A stretch of 61,507 nucleotides of DNA, the filler included, from Sphacelaria rigidula (Eukaryota), in assembly GCA_964200075.2 (NCBI GenBank). It is 9 parts of 9 records of this genome, joined end to end, with 100 filler letters (N's around TTAATTAATTAA, not from the genome) between each part and the next. Parts side by side here need not be neighbours in the genome. Positions count along the whole stretch, not along the records: positions 20,539 to 27,283 come from CAXNAA020018285.1; positions 27,384 to 34,128 come from CAXNAA020018286.1; positions 34,229 to 40,973 come from CAXNAA020018287.1; 6 more parts are not named here. One strand, 5' to 3'. The notes under the pieces were generated by a model that saw only the letters and a program-made list of their open reading frames with translations, did no database searches and had not been told where the DNA came from. Shown piece after piece: positions 26,245 through 35,535 of the stretch. A program made the translations under genes and the position numbers. The stretch's first letter is position 1. The number at the start of each line of letters is the position of its first letter.

Positions 26245-26601
26245 AACACAGGTGTCCTGAGATGAGCTCCATGAGAACAGCAATCTCATGTCGAACAAAA
26301 GGGTAAACGCTAACTTGATTTTGATTTCCATTACGAATACAAACTGTGAAAGCATGGCCTATCGATCCTTTCGTTCGTTGGTATTTGAAGCCAGGACAGG
26401 TAACAGGAAAGTTACCACAGGGATATCTGGCTTATTGTGGCAACCAAGCATTCATAGCGACGTCACTTTTTGATTCTTTGATGTCGGCTCTTCCCATTAT
26501 TGTGTCGCAGAACTCAGTAAGTGTAGGGTTGTTCACCCACTAAAAGAGAACGTGAGCTGGGTTAAGACCGTCGTGAGACAGGTCAGTTTTACCCTACTGA
26601 T
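26245..26601 (+). pseudogene. 28S rRNA: 28S (LSU) rRNA pseudogene fragment, domain V region, 5' part
   Basis: Conserved motifs aagttaccacagggata, gatgtcggctcttcc, gttcacccacta, gtgagctgggtt-agaccgtcgtgagacagg-tcagttttaccctactga, with substitutions and indels at normally invariant sites. Confidence 0.92.
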
Positions 26602-27049
26602 AATACGGGACTTTACAAATTGGGGATGGATCTTTTAGTGGGGATGAGAAACCCGGAGAATTAAAATCTTCGTATCCACACCAAATCTTCAAAATATGGT
26701 CCCATTACTTCACCTACTCATAGCTTTTGACAAGTACTACACGTCATACAGATTTAGATCTCGATAACCGAAATATTGGGATCCTAAATGAAAAAACATT
26801 TTGGGGGAACTTCGGGTGTACGAACGGACGCCAAAATGGTTCCGAAATTGGTTTTTGACTTAAGACCTCAACATTTCGGTTATCGAGATCCAAATTCCCA
26901 TGGCGTGTAGCAGTTGTCAATTGCCATCAGTAGGTCAAGAATTGGAACCATATGTCGAAGATCTGGTGTGGATACGAAGATTTTAATCGTCCGGGTTTCT
27001 CATCCCCAATAAAAGATCCATCCCCAGGTTGTCAGGTCCTGTCTTCTCA
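26599..27049. mobile_element. ~450-bp foldback element inserted in the 28S pseudogene
   Basis: ~200-nt colinear inverted arms (e.g. ggggatgagaaacccgga...aaaatcttcgtatccacacca and its reverse complement); rRNA homology stops before and resumes after. Confidence 0.9.
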
Positions 27050-27235
27050 AGAGTTGTCGCGATAGTAATCCAACTTAGTACGAGAGGAACCGTTGGTTCG
27101 AATAATTGGTTGAGAGTCTATCCATGGATGGGGTTGTCTGAACGGACGGCGCCCCGAGGCTAGCCAGCATCATACGATCGTTCAACGAGCACAGCAGTTC
27201 CTAACGTTGCGGGCGGTAAATTCTTTGTAGACTAT
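27050..27235 (+). pseudogene. 28S rRNA: 28S rRNA pseudogene fragment, 3' part
   Basis: Sarcin-ricin loop ttagtacgagaggaaccg at ~27075-27092; downstream sequence increasingly degenerate or deleted. Confidence 0.85.
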
Positions 27236-27283
27236 AGCCTCTGCCAGACGATCTGGACAAGAGGGCTATTCAGTGAGGGACTT

Positions 27284-27383
27284 NNNNNNNNNNNNNNNNN
27301 NNNNNNNNNNNNNNNNNNNNNNNNNNNTTAATTAATTAANNNNNNNNNNNNNNNNNNNNNNNNNNNNNNNNNNNNNNNNNNNN
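27284..27383. other. Artificial contig linker
   Basis: Same 100-nt spacer. Confidence 0.99.
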
Positions 27384-27429
27384 TTGTGTGCTTGCTGTAG
27401 GTGTTGTTGGGGGTTGAGGTAGGTGGGTG

Positions 27430-27491
27430 GTGGGGCGGGGGGGGGGGCGTACTCATTTGTTGCTTACCTTCGTCGTGTGATCATTGGGGGG
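27430..27491 (-). mobile_element. Minimal RTE-like 3' tail flanked by C-runs on both sides
   Basis: gggggggggcgtactcatttgttgcttaccttcgtcgtgtgatcattgggggg. Confidence 0.8.
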
Positions 27492-27619
27492 AAGATCAAA
27501 ACCAATCCAGAACCGAACTATGCGCAAGCACCATGATGTACCAAAACATGGTTTCGGAATATTTTAAGATCATGTTGCTCCGTAGGAACCGATTTTGTTG
27601 TGTGCCCGGGGTTTTTTCG

Positions 27620-27890
27620 TGGATATTACCCGTACCCGACAATTCTGTGAGTTCTGAAGAGCCTCCCACACCGATACCCGACAGCTCTGTACGATTTCTA
27701 GGAAACGTTTACGCTTGCCCACGGAACGAGTATACCCCTGTGGAAATAACCGGTTGCGAGTAAGGTTTTCTGTACAAATTCCTAACAGTACCGACAGGTC
27801 CTGTGAGATCTGCAAGACTTCCATACCCGTACCCGACAGTTGTGTGAGTTCTGTACGAAAATCTCATACCCTACTGAACATATCCGTATC
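27620..27890. repeat. Degenerate tandem repeat (tacccgtacccgaca...tgtgagttctg)
   Basis: Motif recurs at ~27628, 27675, 27790 and 27824. Confidence 0.75.
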
Positions 27891-27914
27891 CTACACACAA
27901 CGCAACCTTGCAAA

Positions 27915-28062
27915 AGTCTACGAGGGAAAGGAATGGTCTAGCCCTTGTCACGTAAAAACTAGGGCACGCACCGCAGAAGGGCGGAAAATGAAAAAAAAAT
28001 CCTGCGTAACCCCGCCCGCCAGGTATAACCACACACACCGGAAGGTGCATACTGTCGGCACC
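27915..28062 (+). mobile_element. SINE family B body fragment
   Basis: acgagggaaagg...gcaccgcagaagg matches 15350-15500. Confidence 0.6.
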
Positions 28063-28172
28063 GAGAATAAATTGGGCGAAAACACACACATAAGAATAAT
28101 GAAAACGGCTTTATAGGTAGCGGCACTACATCCCAAAGCCCAAACCAAAAGTTCCCCAGCCACTTCGTCACA

Positions 28173-28179
28173 TGATTGA

Positions 28180-28212
<33 letters not shown>

Positions 28213-28490
28213 CACACTTTAACTGACCCCCCAGGGGTCCAGCCATGGTCTCATGATAGACGTACCCAAGAAAAACGAAACTGAAACACGCTCTGGGAGA
28301 AAAAGTAGAAACAGGAATAAAAAAAAAAGAGGGGTCGAACAGAACGACATCGCAGACTAAGTCGTGACAAAAAAAAAAGTGATAAAAACGTCAACACAAG
28401 CAAAGCACATAAAGAGATGGTCGACCTAAAACAAGAAAAAAGGAAAAGAAGAGGAAAGTACAAAGCAAATAAAATAAAATACATGATTTT
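28173..28490 (-). mobile_element. Family T (TCAA)n-tailed non-LTR 3' fragment
   Basis: (gatt)n then gtcacactttaactgaccccccaggggtccagccatggtctcatgatagacgtacccaagaaaaacgaaactgaaacacgc. Confidence 0.85.
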
Positions 28491-28553
28491 AGAATAAACA
28501 TCAACATCAACATCAACGTCGACATCTACATCGACACAGAGCAATACACTTGC

Positions 28554-28762
28554 CTCGTCGAGCACGATGGCTGTTACGTTCATGGTGACCTTTTTCGGCA
28601 CCTCCGCCGGCACAAAGCTGAGACCGTGCGTTCCCACTCGGAAGCCTGTCGGCAGCTTGGCCTGGCCCTCCATGTGAGCGTGGTGCTCCTCGACCGACGA
28701 AAATTTCAGCTCGGAACAATCCAGAGGGGTGGTATCTGTTCCCGCAGCAGCAGATGCTGTCG
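28554..28762 (-). CDS. argJ: ArgJ-like ornithine/glutamate N-acetyltransferase, internal exon
   Basis: Encodes ...FSSVEEHHAHMEGQAKLPTGFRVGTHGLSFVPAEVPKKVTMNVTAIVLDE, resembling the ArgJ N-terminal P.GF strand; acceptor ctccag|; donor GAG|GCAAGT. Confidence 0.7.
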
Positions 28763-28777
28763 CTGGAGGGGGCGGTA

Positions 28778-28892
28778 AGGGGTTTAGGGTGACGGTTAGG
28801 GTTAAGGCAAACGTTAAGATCAGGGCTGAGGTTAGGGTTAAGGTTAGGACCAAGGTCAAGGTTAGGGCCAAGGTTGAGGTTGGGGTTGGGGC
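28778..28892. repeat. Degenerate telomere-like (TTAGGG)n array at the 3' end of the ArgJ intron
   Basis: ggtttagggtgacggttagggttaaggc...ggttagggttaaggttagg. Confidence 0.8.
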
Positions 28893-28996
28893 TAGCTTCT
28901 CGTCGATGAAGTGTATGACCTCCTTTCCTACACGGGATTGTGCGTGAAAATGTGGCATGCGATTTAATGACTGCGGACGCCTTGGGTGCAAGATTG

Positions 28997-29085
28997 CTTG
29001 ATTGATTTTGATTGACTGTCGTACTTTCACTGATCCCCCATATATCCAACAATGGTCACATGATAGACAAATACCCAAGACAGAA
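28997..29085 (-). mobile_element. Family T fragment, degenerate
   Basis: ttgattgatt...actttcactgatccccc...tgatagacaaatacccaaga. Confidence 0.6.
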
Positions 29086-29399
29086 CAAGGCTAATAACCC
29101 TCACTCGCCGAAGAAAAAGAGGAAACAGAAAAAGCTATGAAGTTCACAAAACGGTACAGTACGACACAACAGGAATCAAAATGGCATTACTCTCTCTCAC
29201 CGTACAGGCAGTTAGTTCACCGTGCGTGTTCAGTTCGAATAACAGTAAGCTGATTCCCTGCTTGCGCTTGGGACTTTCAACGTGACTTTCACTCAACAAG
29301 CTGCGCCAGATAAGAAGGTACTTTTACCCCAACTTAGAAACGTTGAGGACGGACTCTTACCCGTAATTACACCACCTCTTTTTTCATTGCACATATTTC

Positions 29400-29457
29400 A
29401 AGCTCTCTCCCTTTCTCGGGGATGAGTTCGTGGTGTCGAGGGATCAACCCATCTCTC
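29400..29457 (-). mobile_element. SINE family C 3' fragment
   Basis: ctcggggatgagttcgtggtgtcgagggatcaacccatct matches 34090-34128 and the reverse of 52000-52050. Confidence 0.65.
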
Positions 29458-29536
29458 CTTGTGTCTCAAACGACTCAGGCAAGCACCAAAAGAATACTCC
29501 CCCACTCCCGCTCTCCTTAGGACCCCCTCTTTAGAA

Positions 29537-29857
29537 CTGGCGTCGGTTGGCAATGGCGCTGTGAAACACGCCACTCACCGCGTAAGCTAGGCAACCAGGT
29601 TACCGATCTGTTTTGCGCGCTTGCATTTTTTTATGCGGTAACGATGATGGTAGTCGAGCTAGGTCATATTGTGTGGCGTGGGAGAACCTCGATTCTGCGT
29701 AAAGGAGATGATCGTACTACGTAATGTTTCAAATGGTAAGACACCCATGAGGCAGCAGCGCATAAGCCGTGGCTGTCTCTTGAAGTGGCAATACCAGGAA
29801 ATGAAGCAACTCATCGTAGGCTGTCATCCAAATGCAAGATAATCAGCACACTTCGGC
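29537..29857 (+). mobile_element. Family A element, 3'-incomplete, preceded by an RTE tail remnant at 29470-29510
   Basis: Head tggcgtcggttggcaatggcgctgtgaaacacgccactcaccgcgtaagctaggcaaccagg; upstream acgactcaggcaagcaccaaaagaatactccccc. Confidence 0.85.
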
Positions 29858-29942
29858 ATCTACGGGAAATCAACCCCGCGTTCTCAGTTTCCTCCTTGTT
29901 TTTGTGTTCCCCCCCCCCCTTTTCTTCTTCTTCATTCATATA

Positions 29943-30514
29943 CAGTAGTGGGCGGTCTAACTATTTAGGGGTGCTTCGGGGTTTTTCTCGCGTACGACTC
30001 TTCGATAGAACTCTAAACTGCTAGCTTCGGTAGATTTTGGTAAAACAGAACACATCATTTTCGAAACACGGTGCCCAAGTCAGTGTTACTTGGTGTTATG
30101 GGGCGAAACGAGTAAATACCCCGTTCATCAGGAGGGTGTTATTGACCGTAAAGCACAGTTTTTCGATCCTAGCGCACTGAGCAGGCAGAATTTAAAAAAA
30201 AGAAGACTGTACATTTCTCTGCAAATATGCTCGGGACGGGCTCGATCGACCGAAAATACATAAGAGTAAGAATCTGGGTTGAAACGTGGCAGGGCCCCCG
30301 ATGACCGGTCAGCCCGTCAGTCACTCAATATTGAGTACAGATGATTTTGTTCTTCTTGGAATGTGGAGCGGATACAAATATCTTGAGATCCCTGATGTGA
30401 TAAGGGGTGGCAAGCGAAAAGAGCCCAAGAAAATCGCCAATTAGGAAAAAATCACAAAATGCCACAAAATGCCACAAAATGCCACAAAATGAATAGTTAG
30501 ACCGCCCACTACTG
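29943..30514. mobile_element. Tc1/mariner-type MITE
   Basis: Perfect 23-bp TIRs CAGTAGTGGGCGGTCTAACTATT; flanks TA (left) and CA (right, a probable mutated TA duplication). Confidence 0.85.
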
Positions 30515-30674
30515 CATATCTCTTTTCTCGATCAGTTTTCCTCAGCGAGGTGTTCTCGTTTTTTTCACCTCGGTTGAACTCTCCGCGGATATTACTCGAG
30601 GGGTGGTATTCAACGAACGGATGATACAGACCTCATTGGCTGATCTGATCTCATGTGATCTAATCTCATCTGCT

Positions 30675-30800
30675 TGATTGATTGTCGCACCTTAACTGAC
30701 CCCCCCCCCCCCCAGGGGGGATTGACCCGGCCCGGGCCCACTTAAACTTTAACCCAACAAAAAAAACTGAAACAACCCCGGGACAAAAAGAAGAAACATG
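30675..30800 (-). mobile_element. Family T fragment
   Basis: ttgattgattgtcgcaccttaactgacccccc...cagggg. Confidence 0.65.
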
Positions 30801-31009
30801 AAAAATTCGAACATTATTCCATGGTAAGTCGGCGGAGAGCATTGTAGATGACACAGAGGCAGGGCGCAGCCTCATGTGCAACCTCGCACCCTCTCCCCAA
30901 CCTGCCGCCCCCCGCCGTTGACCCAGGGAATTATAGGGGGATACCGGTACTGAGCACCGTAGGCAAAGTCTTCTGTGAGATTCTAAACGAGAGAGCGGGA
31001 ACAATGCCT

Positions 31010-32812
31010 GAGTGAAGAGAAAAACTCAGCGACGAACAAGCAGGGTTTAGACCAAACCGTAGCTGCGCAGACCATGTGTGCACATGATATCAGACTCTTC
31101 AAGGAATATTCGAGGAATATTCGAGGAAATGAAGGCGCGAGTTGCCACCCTACTGTTTCTTTCTATTAAGAGACGCGCAAAAGGCCCATGACAGTATGGA
31201 GAAATGGGCTGTGGAAAAAGATGTGGGAAACTGGGATCAGAGGAAAGATGTGGAGAATGGTGAAAAAGATTACAGAATGTGCGACAAGTGCCATGATACT
31301 TGACGGGGGGAATATCGAAATATGTTGATATGCTACGAGAAGCTGCACGAGGGTGTACGTTCTCACCGACTTTATTCAACGTGTTTATTCATGACACGAT
31401 GATAGCGATATCAGCAGCAGATCAAAGAGTCAAGATAAGGGAAGATACGGTATCGGGATTAATGTTCGCCGAAGATTCCGTGGGGATATCAGAAACACCA
31501 GAAGGACTGCAGAAAAAAATAGGGAAGGCGCTGTAATACACCAGGAGATGGAGAGTGGCAGCGACTGTAAAAAATGCGCGGTACTTTTACGTCACGAAGT
31601 TGAGGAGAACCCAGTAAAGTTTCAATGGAAGAAGAGAGAAGATGAATTGCCAATCGTAGACCAGAATACATACCTTGGCGAAGAAATATAAAACATCTGT
31701 TCTTGGGATGCATACATAGATGAAGAAACAGGAAAGGGTAAGGCACAGATGGGCAAAATGGACGTGATCCTGAGAGACTAGCATTTGGATACTAGGATAA
31801 AGAGATGTATTATGATCAATGTGAGTGAAGCTGGAATATGCAGGAGAAGTATGGGAAGGGAACGCGGAGTTGGTGAAGACCCTGGAAAAAGTACAAGGGG
31901 CCGCAGCTAAGAAAATAACTGGGATGCTCACAAACCACGAGTAATACAGGTTTGAGGGTAGAATTGGGAATGTACCCACTTGAACAAATAAACACCTGAG
32001 AGAAATGAAATGGGAGTATTACGTAAGGAGCACGCCAAAAAAGATATATCGCCAGCCATAGTTGATGGGGGCCGTGGAAAAAAACAACAGAAGGTCAGGG
32101 TGTAATAAGGTGAGATATGGTGATAGAGAAAGTACGGAAGGATATAGGAGGGAACTAAGACGAAGAAATGCCCGGAGATGAATGTGGGGGAGTAAGTACA
32201 AGACAAGAGTAAATGAAAATACAGAAATGCGGGAGAAACATGCGCTGAGGCAGAAAGTGGACGAGGAAGAGCACTTGCAGAGGACAGGGATGAAACACAT
32301 CCGCATAGCCCCGTAGACGACTACACAAAAAAGTTGGAAGTGCGATTTCGGGTTGGGGATCTGGACCTGCCGTGACGAAAAATGACGTGTACCAATAGTC
32401 GGGTGAAGGAGTACATGGATGGACAGAATTGCCCCTGTGGCAAAGCAACAGCGAGTAGAACTCATATAGTGGCAAAACGTGAACTAAACACGAAACAACG
32501 GGACGTGGTAGAGGAGGAAATGAGGGACTTGAACGAAGGTGGCATGAGCTCGTGTGGAACACTATAATAGATGGCATCGAGAAAACGCTCGCTATTGTAG
32601 GAAATAGATGGTGGCCACAGACGGCGAAGCGGGATGGCGACGAAACATGTAAACGTTTTGTGTAACGTATGGAAGAAACGTAATAAACGCCCAAATGTTG
32701 GAGGTGCCTCTATTACGACTAGGAACGGTGCTCCATCTCGGAAGGGATGCGTGGCCAATGATCAAATGACCAAGGCAAGCAACAAATGAGTGCGCCCCGC
32801 CCCCCGCCCCTC
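31010..32812 (+). mobile_element. 5'-truncated decayed RTE-like LINE (reverse transcriptase plus 3' end)
   Basis: RT motifs EQAGFRPNRSCADH, GCTFSPTLFNVFI and GLMFAEDSVG, with stops and frameshifts; ends gcaagcaacaaatgagtgcgccccgccccccgcccc. Confidence 0.9.
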
Positions 32813-32831
32813 CCACACCGTTGCCCTGCTA

Positions 32832-33333
32832 GGGTTGGCGTCGGCTGGCAACGACGCTGTAAAGTACGCCTCTCACTGAGTAAGCTAGGAAACCAGGTTA
32901 CCGTTTCATTACGTTAACAATGGTGGTGGTCGACTTGAATCATTTTGTGCGGAGTGGAGAACCTTAACCCCGCGCAGAGGGGATGATCGTAGTGTTCTAT
33001 ATGGTGACACACCCATGAGGGAGCGTAACCGGTGGCTGTCTCTGGAAGTGACGATAGCAGAAAATAAAGCAACTCATTCGAGGCTGTCATCCATATGCGA
33101 GATAAGTAATACGGTTCGGGCCGAACAATATCAGCAGGATACAGCTCACCCTTTACGCGACTCGCTGCACACACCACACGGCGCTTCGCGCTTGGTGACT
33201 GCGAGCCTGATACGGCGAACATCCGTCGTACCCAGTCCCGGCTTTGTAGGGATGCGAGGCCAATGGTCACATGACTTTGGGATGCGAGATCATGAGTGCA
33301 CCCCCCCCCCCCCCCCCCCTCCCCCCCCGCCCC
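32832..33333 (+). mobile_element. Family A element, full length with long poly(C)
   Basis: Head gggttggcgtcggctggcaacgacgctgtaaa; tail agggatgcgaggccaatggtcacatgact...catgagtgca followed by a ~30-nt C-run. Confidence 0.9.
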
Positions 33334-33369
33334 GCCGTCGACAAATAAATTGGTGTACTATAGACGTAC

Positions 33370-33455
33370 CTGTCATCTCAAGCCTGGTGCTTGTTGGGCG
33401 GACTTTATGCAACGCCCCGGCCACGTCCTTCATCTTGTCTACATTTACGAACGAC
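33370..33455 (-). CDS. argJ: Upstream exon of the same ArgJ-like gene (presequence-like)
   Basis: Acceptor tcgccag|, donor ACAG|GTACGT; encodes SFVNVDKMKDVAGALHKVRPTSTRLEMT and is phase-compatible (phase 1) with the exon starting at 28762; a weaker candidate exon lies at 33800-33834. Confidence 0.55.
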
Positions 33456-33548
33456 CTGGCGAGACCACCAATAAACAAATGAGACACAAAAACAGAGATC
33501 GAGGAAGAAACAGAGCGACGGAGGGGAGGGACGGAAGGAAGGAAGGAA

Positions 33549-33630
33549 GGGGGGGGGGGGGCGTACTCATCTTTTGCTTGCCTTAGTCGTTTGACCGTTA
33601 ACCACGCATTCCTTTCGAAACGGAGAACCG
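33549..33630 (-). mobile_element. RTE-like 3' tail fragment with apparent target-site duplication
   Basis: Both flanks read ...GGAAGGGGGGG on the plus strand (33540-33561 and 33649-33660). Confidence 0.8.
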
Positions 33631-33976
33631 GACGGAGGGACGGACGGAGGGAAGGGGGGGAAAATATCGCCATATTTGCTGTTTGCAGTGTTTCTTTTTG
33701 GTCATCATACTTTCAACCCTCCTCTTCCTCGGGGCGGGTCGATAGTCTAGAGGGGTCGTTCCACTCCCCACCCCTCCAGGTATGGAACATACAATCCACC
33801 TTGCAGTCGTACTACCGAGCATGGATTGGATCATGACTTCATCAGAACCCGAACAGCCCCCTCAACTTTTGTTTTTACGTTCGTTGTTGGGCACCGGGAA
33901 CCAGGGTGACAACACTCCACCCTCGGTGATTCGAACCCGTACAATAAAATGAAGAACTGCGCAAACTGGTGCGTCA

Positions 33977-33977
<1 letters not shown>

Positions 33978-34030
<53 letters not shown>

Positions 34031-34128
34031 TACTATGATGATGATGATTATTATTATTATTTTCCTCACACTTTGTACTCCTCCTTTTCCTCGGGATGAG
34101 TCCGTGGTCTCACGGGATCAACCCATCT
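33978..34128 (-). mobile_element. SINE family C 3' end with (TAA)n tail
   Basis: (att)n run then ttcctcacac...cctcgggatgagtccgtggtctcacgggatcaacccatct. Confidence 0.75.
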
Positions 34129-34228
34129 NNNNNNNNNNNNNNNNNNNNNNNNNNNNNNNNNNNNNNNNNNNNTTAATTAATTAANNNNNNNNNNNNNNNN
34201 NNNNNNNNNNNNNNNNNNNNNNNNNNNN
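34129..34228. other. Artificial contig linker
   Basis: Same 100-nt spacer. Confidence 0.99.
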
Positions 34229-34297
34229 TGCCTTAGTCGTGTGACCATTGACCACGCATCCCTTTCGAGACGGAGCACCGTTCCTACTCCTAATAAG
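34229..34297 (-). mobile_element. RTE-like 3' tail fragment; 5' junction abuts a C-run
   Basis: tgccttagtcgtgtgaccattgaccacgcatccctttcgagacggagcaccgttcctactcctaataa then ggggggggggg. Confidence 0.85.
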
Positions 34298-35117
34298 GGG
34301 GGGGGGGAGGGGCATAGTAAGGTGCGATGTTAGTCACAGTGAACCATTTCAAGCAACAACACCAAGTGGGTAGCTGTAGTCACTCCTCAATTGGTTTTGT
34401 TGAATGGACTACTACAGGGCCAGCGCACGACAACACCCGTGTCGTCATCGCGACTTTTCGCCACAACCTCGTACCTAGTAGTAAAACCCCCCAGATAGAT
34501 GGGTGCTGAAGCTGACAGGTTAGGTATCCAAGCGCTTCTCACTATGTCAAACTGCAACTATTTTGCAGTTGCCTGCTGATCGCTCGGGTAATGTGCGGAA
34601 ATATTGATCATGATAATAATCATAATAAGTTGTGTGTTGACACTCACTGGTGAAAAATGTTACGCAACTAGTTTCCTGAAGACAGATACTGGATACGAAA
34701 CCTACTTAGCTTGTCCCCCGAAGGTAAGTACTGAGTAATAAGCCTGTTCAACTGCAATTGCCTGTAGACATCTCCCGTATGATGAGCTTCTGCAACTACT
34801 GGGTGAAAATGTTACGCCAACTACTCATCTAAACAGCTATTGGAGACGGAACATGCACAACTAGTTGTGTAGTAGCAGCTGCAGCGAAATACCTGTGGCA
34901 AGGTGCCATATAAATTCCTATGAATTACAGGGTGTGAAGTAGCGTTCACTTAGCTCTGGATACGTCGTCTACGTGGTGTATTCAAAACCCGGGTCAATTA
35001 GAACGTCCTCCATCTACCCAAGAAAGTCCGGTTTCGGCGATGTATCCCTGCGTTGACGTATGCAAGCCCATCTCATCCGTCCCGCCCCTCCGCGCTCCCC
35101 CCCGCGTCCTCCCCCAG

Positions 35118-35430
35118 GCGGATACGCGCGGAGCTCGAAGCCGCGTCGCGTGTCGAACCCCTTGAAAGCTCGTTGCCGTCGATGGGGTACCGCGGGAAAT
35201 TCGACAGTGGGGCGGGTTCGGGATCGGTACCTGTGACGAGCGAATTCAAGCGTAACCGCGTGGCAAACAAGGTCATAGCGTTGACTGTGAGCAGGGGCGC
35301 GGGACAAAAGAAGCACGTGTTCAAGACCAAACCGGCGAGAGAGGTGGAGGCCATTTTGTTGGCTTGCAGAAAGGAATTCCTGACGCTGGAAGAGGAGGAG
35401 CAAGAGGTGGTGCTGTCGCTGTACCATGGG
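35118..35430 (+). CDS. Rad60/Esc2/NIP45-like SUMO-like-domain protein, exon A
   Basis: Acceptor cccccag|, donor GGG|GTGAGT; encodes KVIALTVSRGAGQKKHVFKTKPAREVEAILLACRKEF (ubiquitin-fold-like start). Confidence 0.7.
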
Positions 35431-35535
35431 GTGAGTTTGTGTATGCGTGTGTGTATTCAGGTTCTGATATTGCTTCTCGTGTTTCATCAAGAAACTTTAG
35501 TCAAATCGCGTGATCCCGTCCTTCGGGCGAATGAA

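Noticed and set aside
26599..27049. Group I intron or R2 element in 28S
   Set aside because: The insert is a single long palindrome with no P/Q/R/S core or ORF, and the site is not the R2 target.
32860..32900. HDV-like ribozyme in the family A head
   Set aside because: The loop resembles L3, but no P1 partner strand is found upstream and P1.1 pairing fails.
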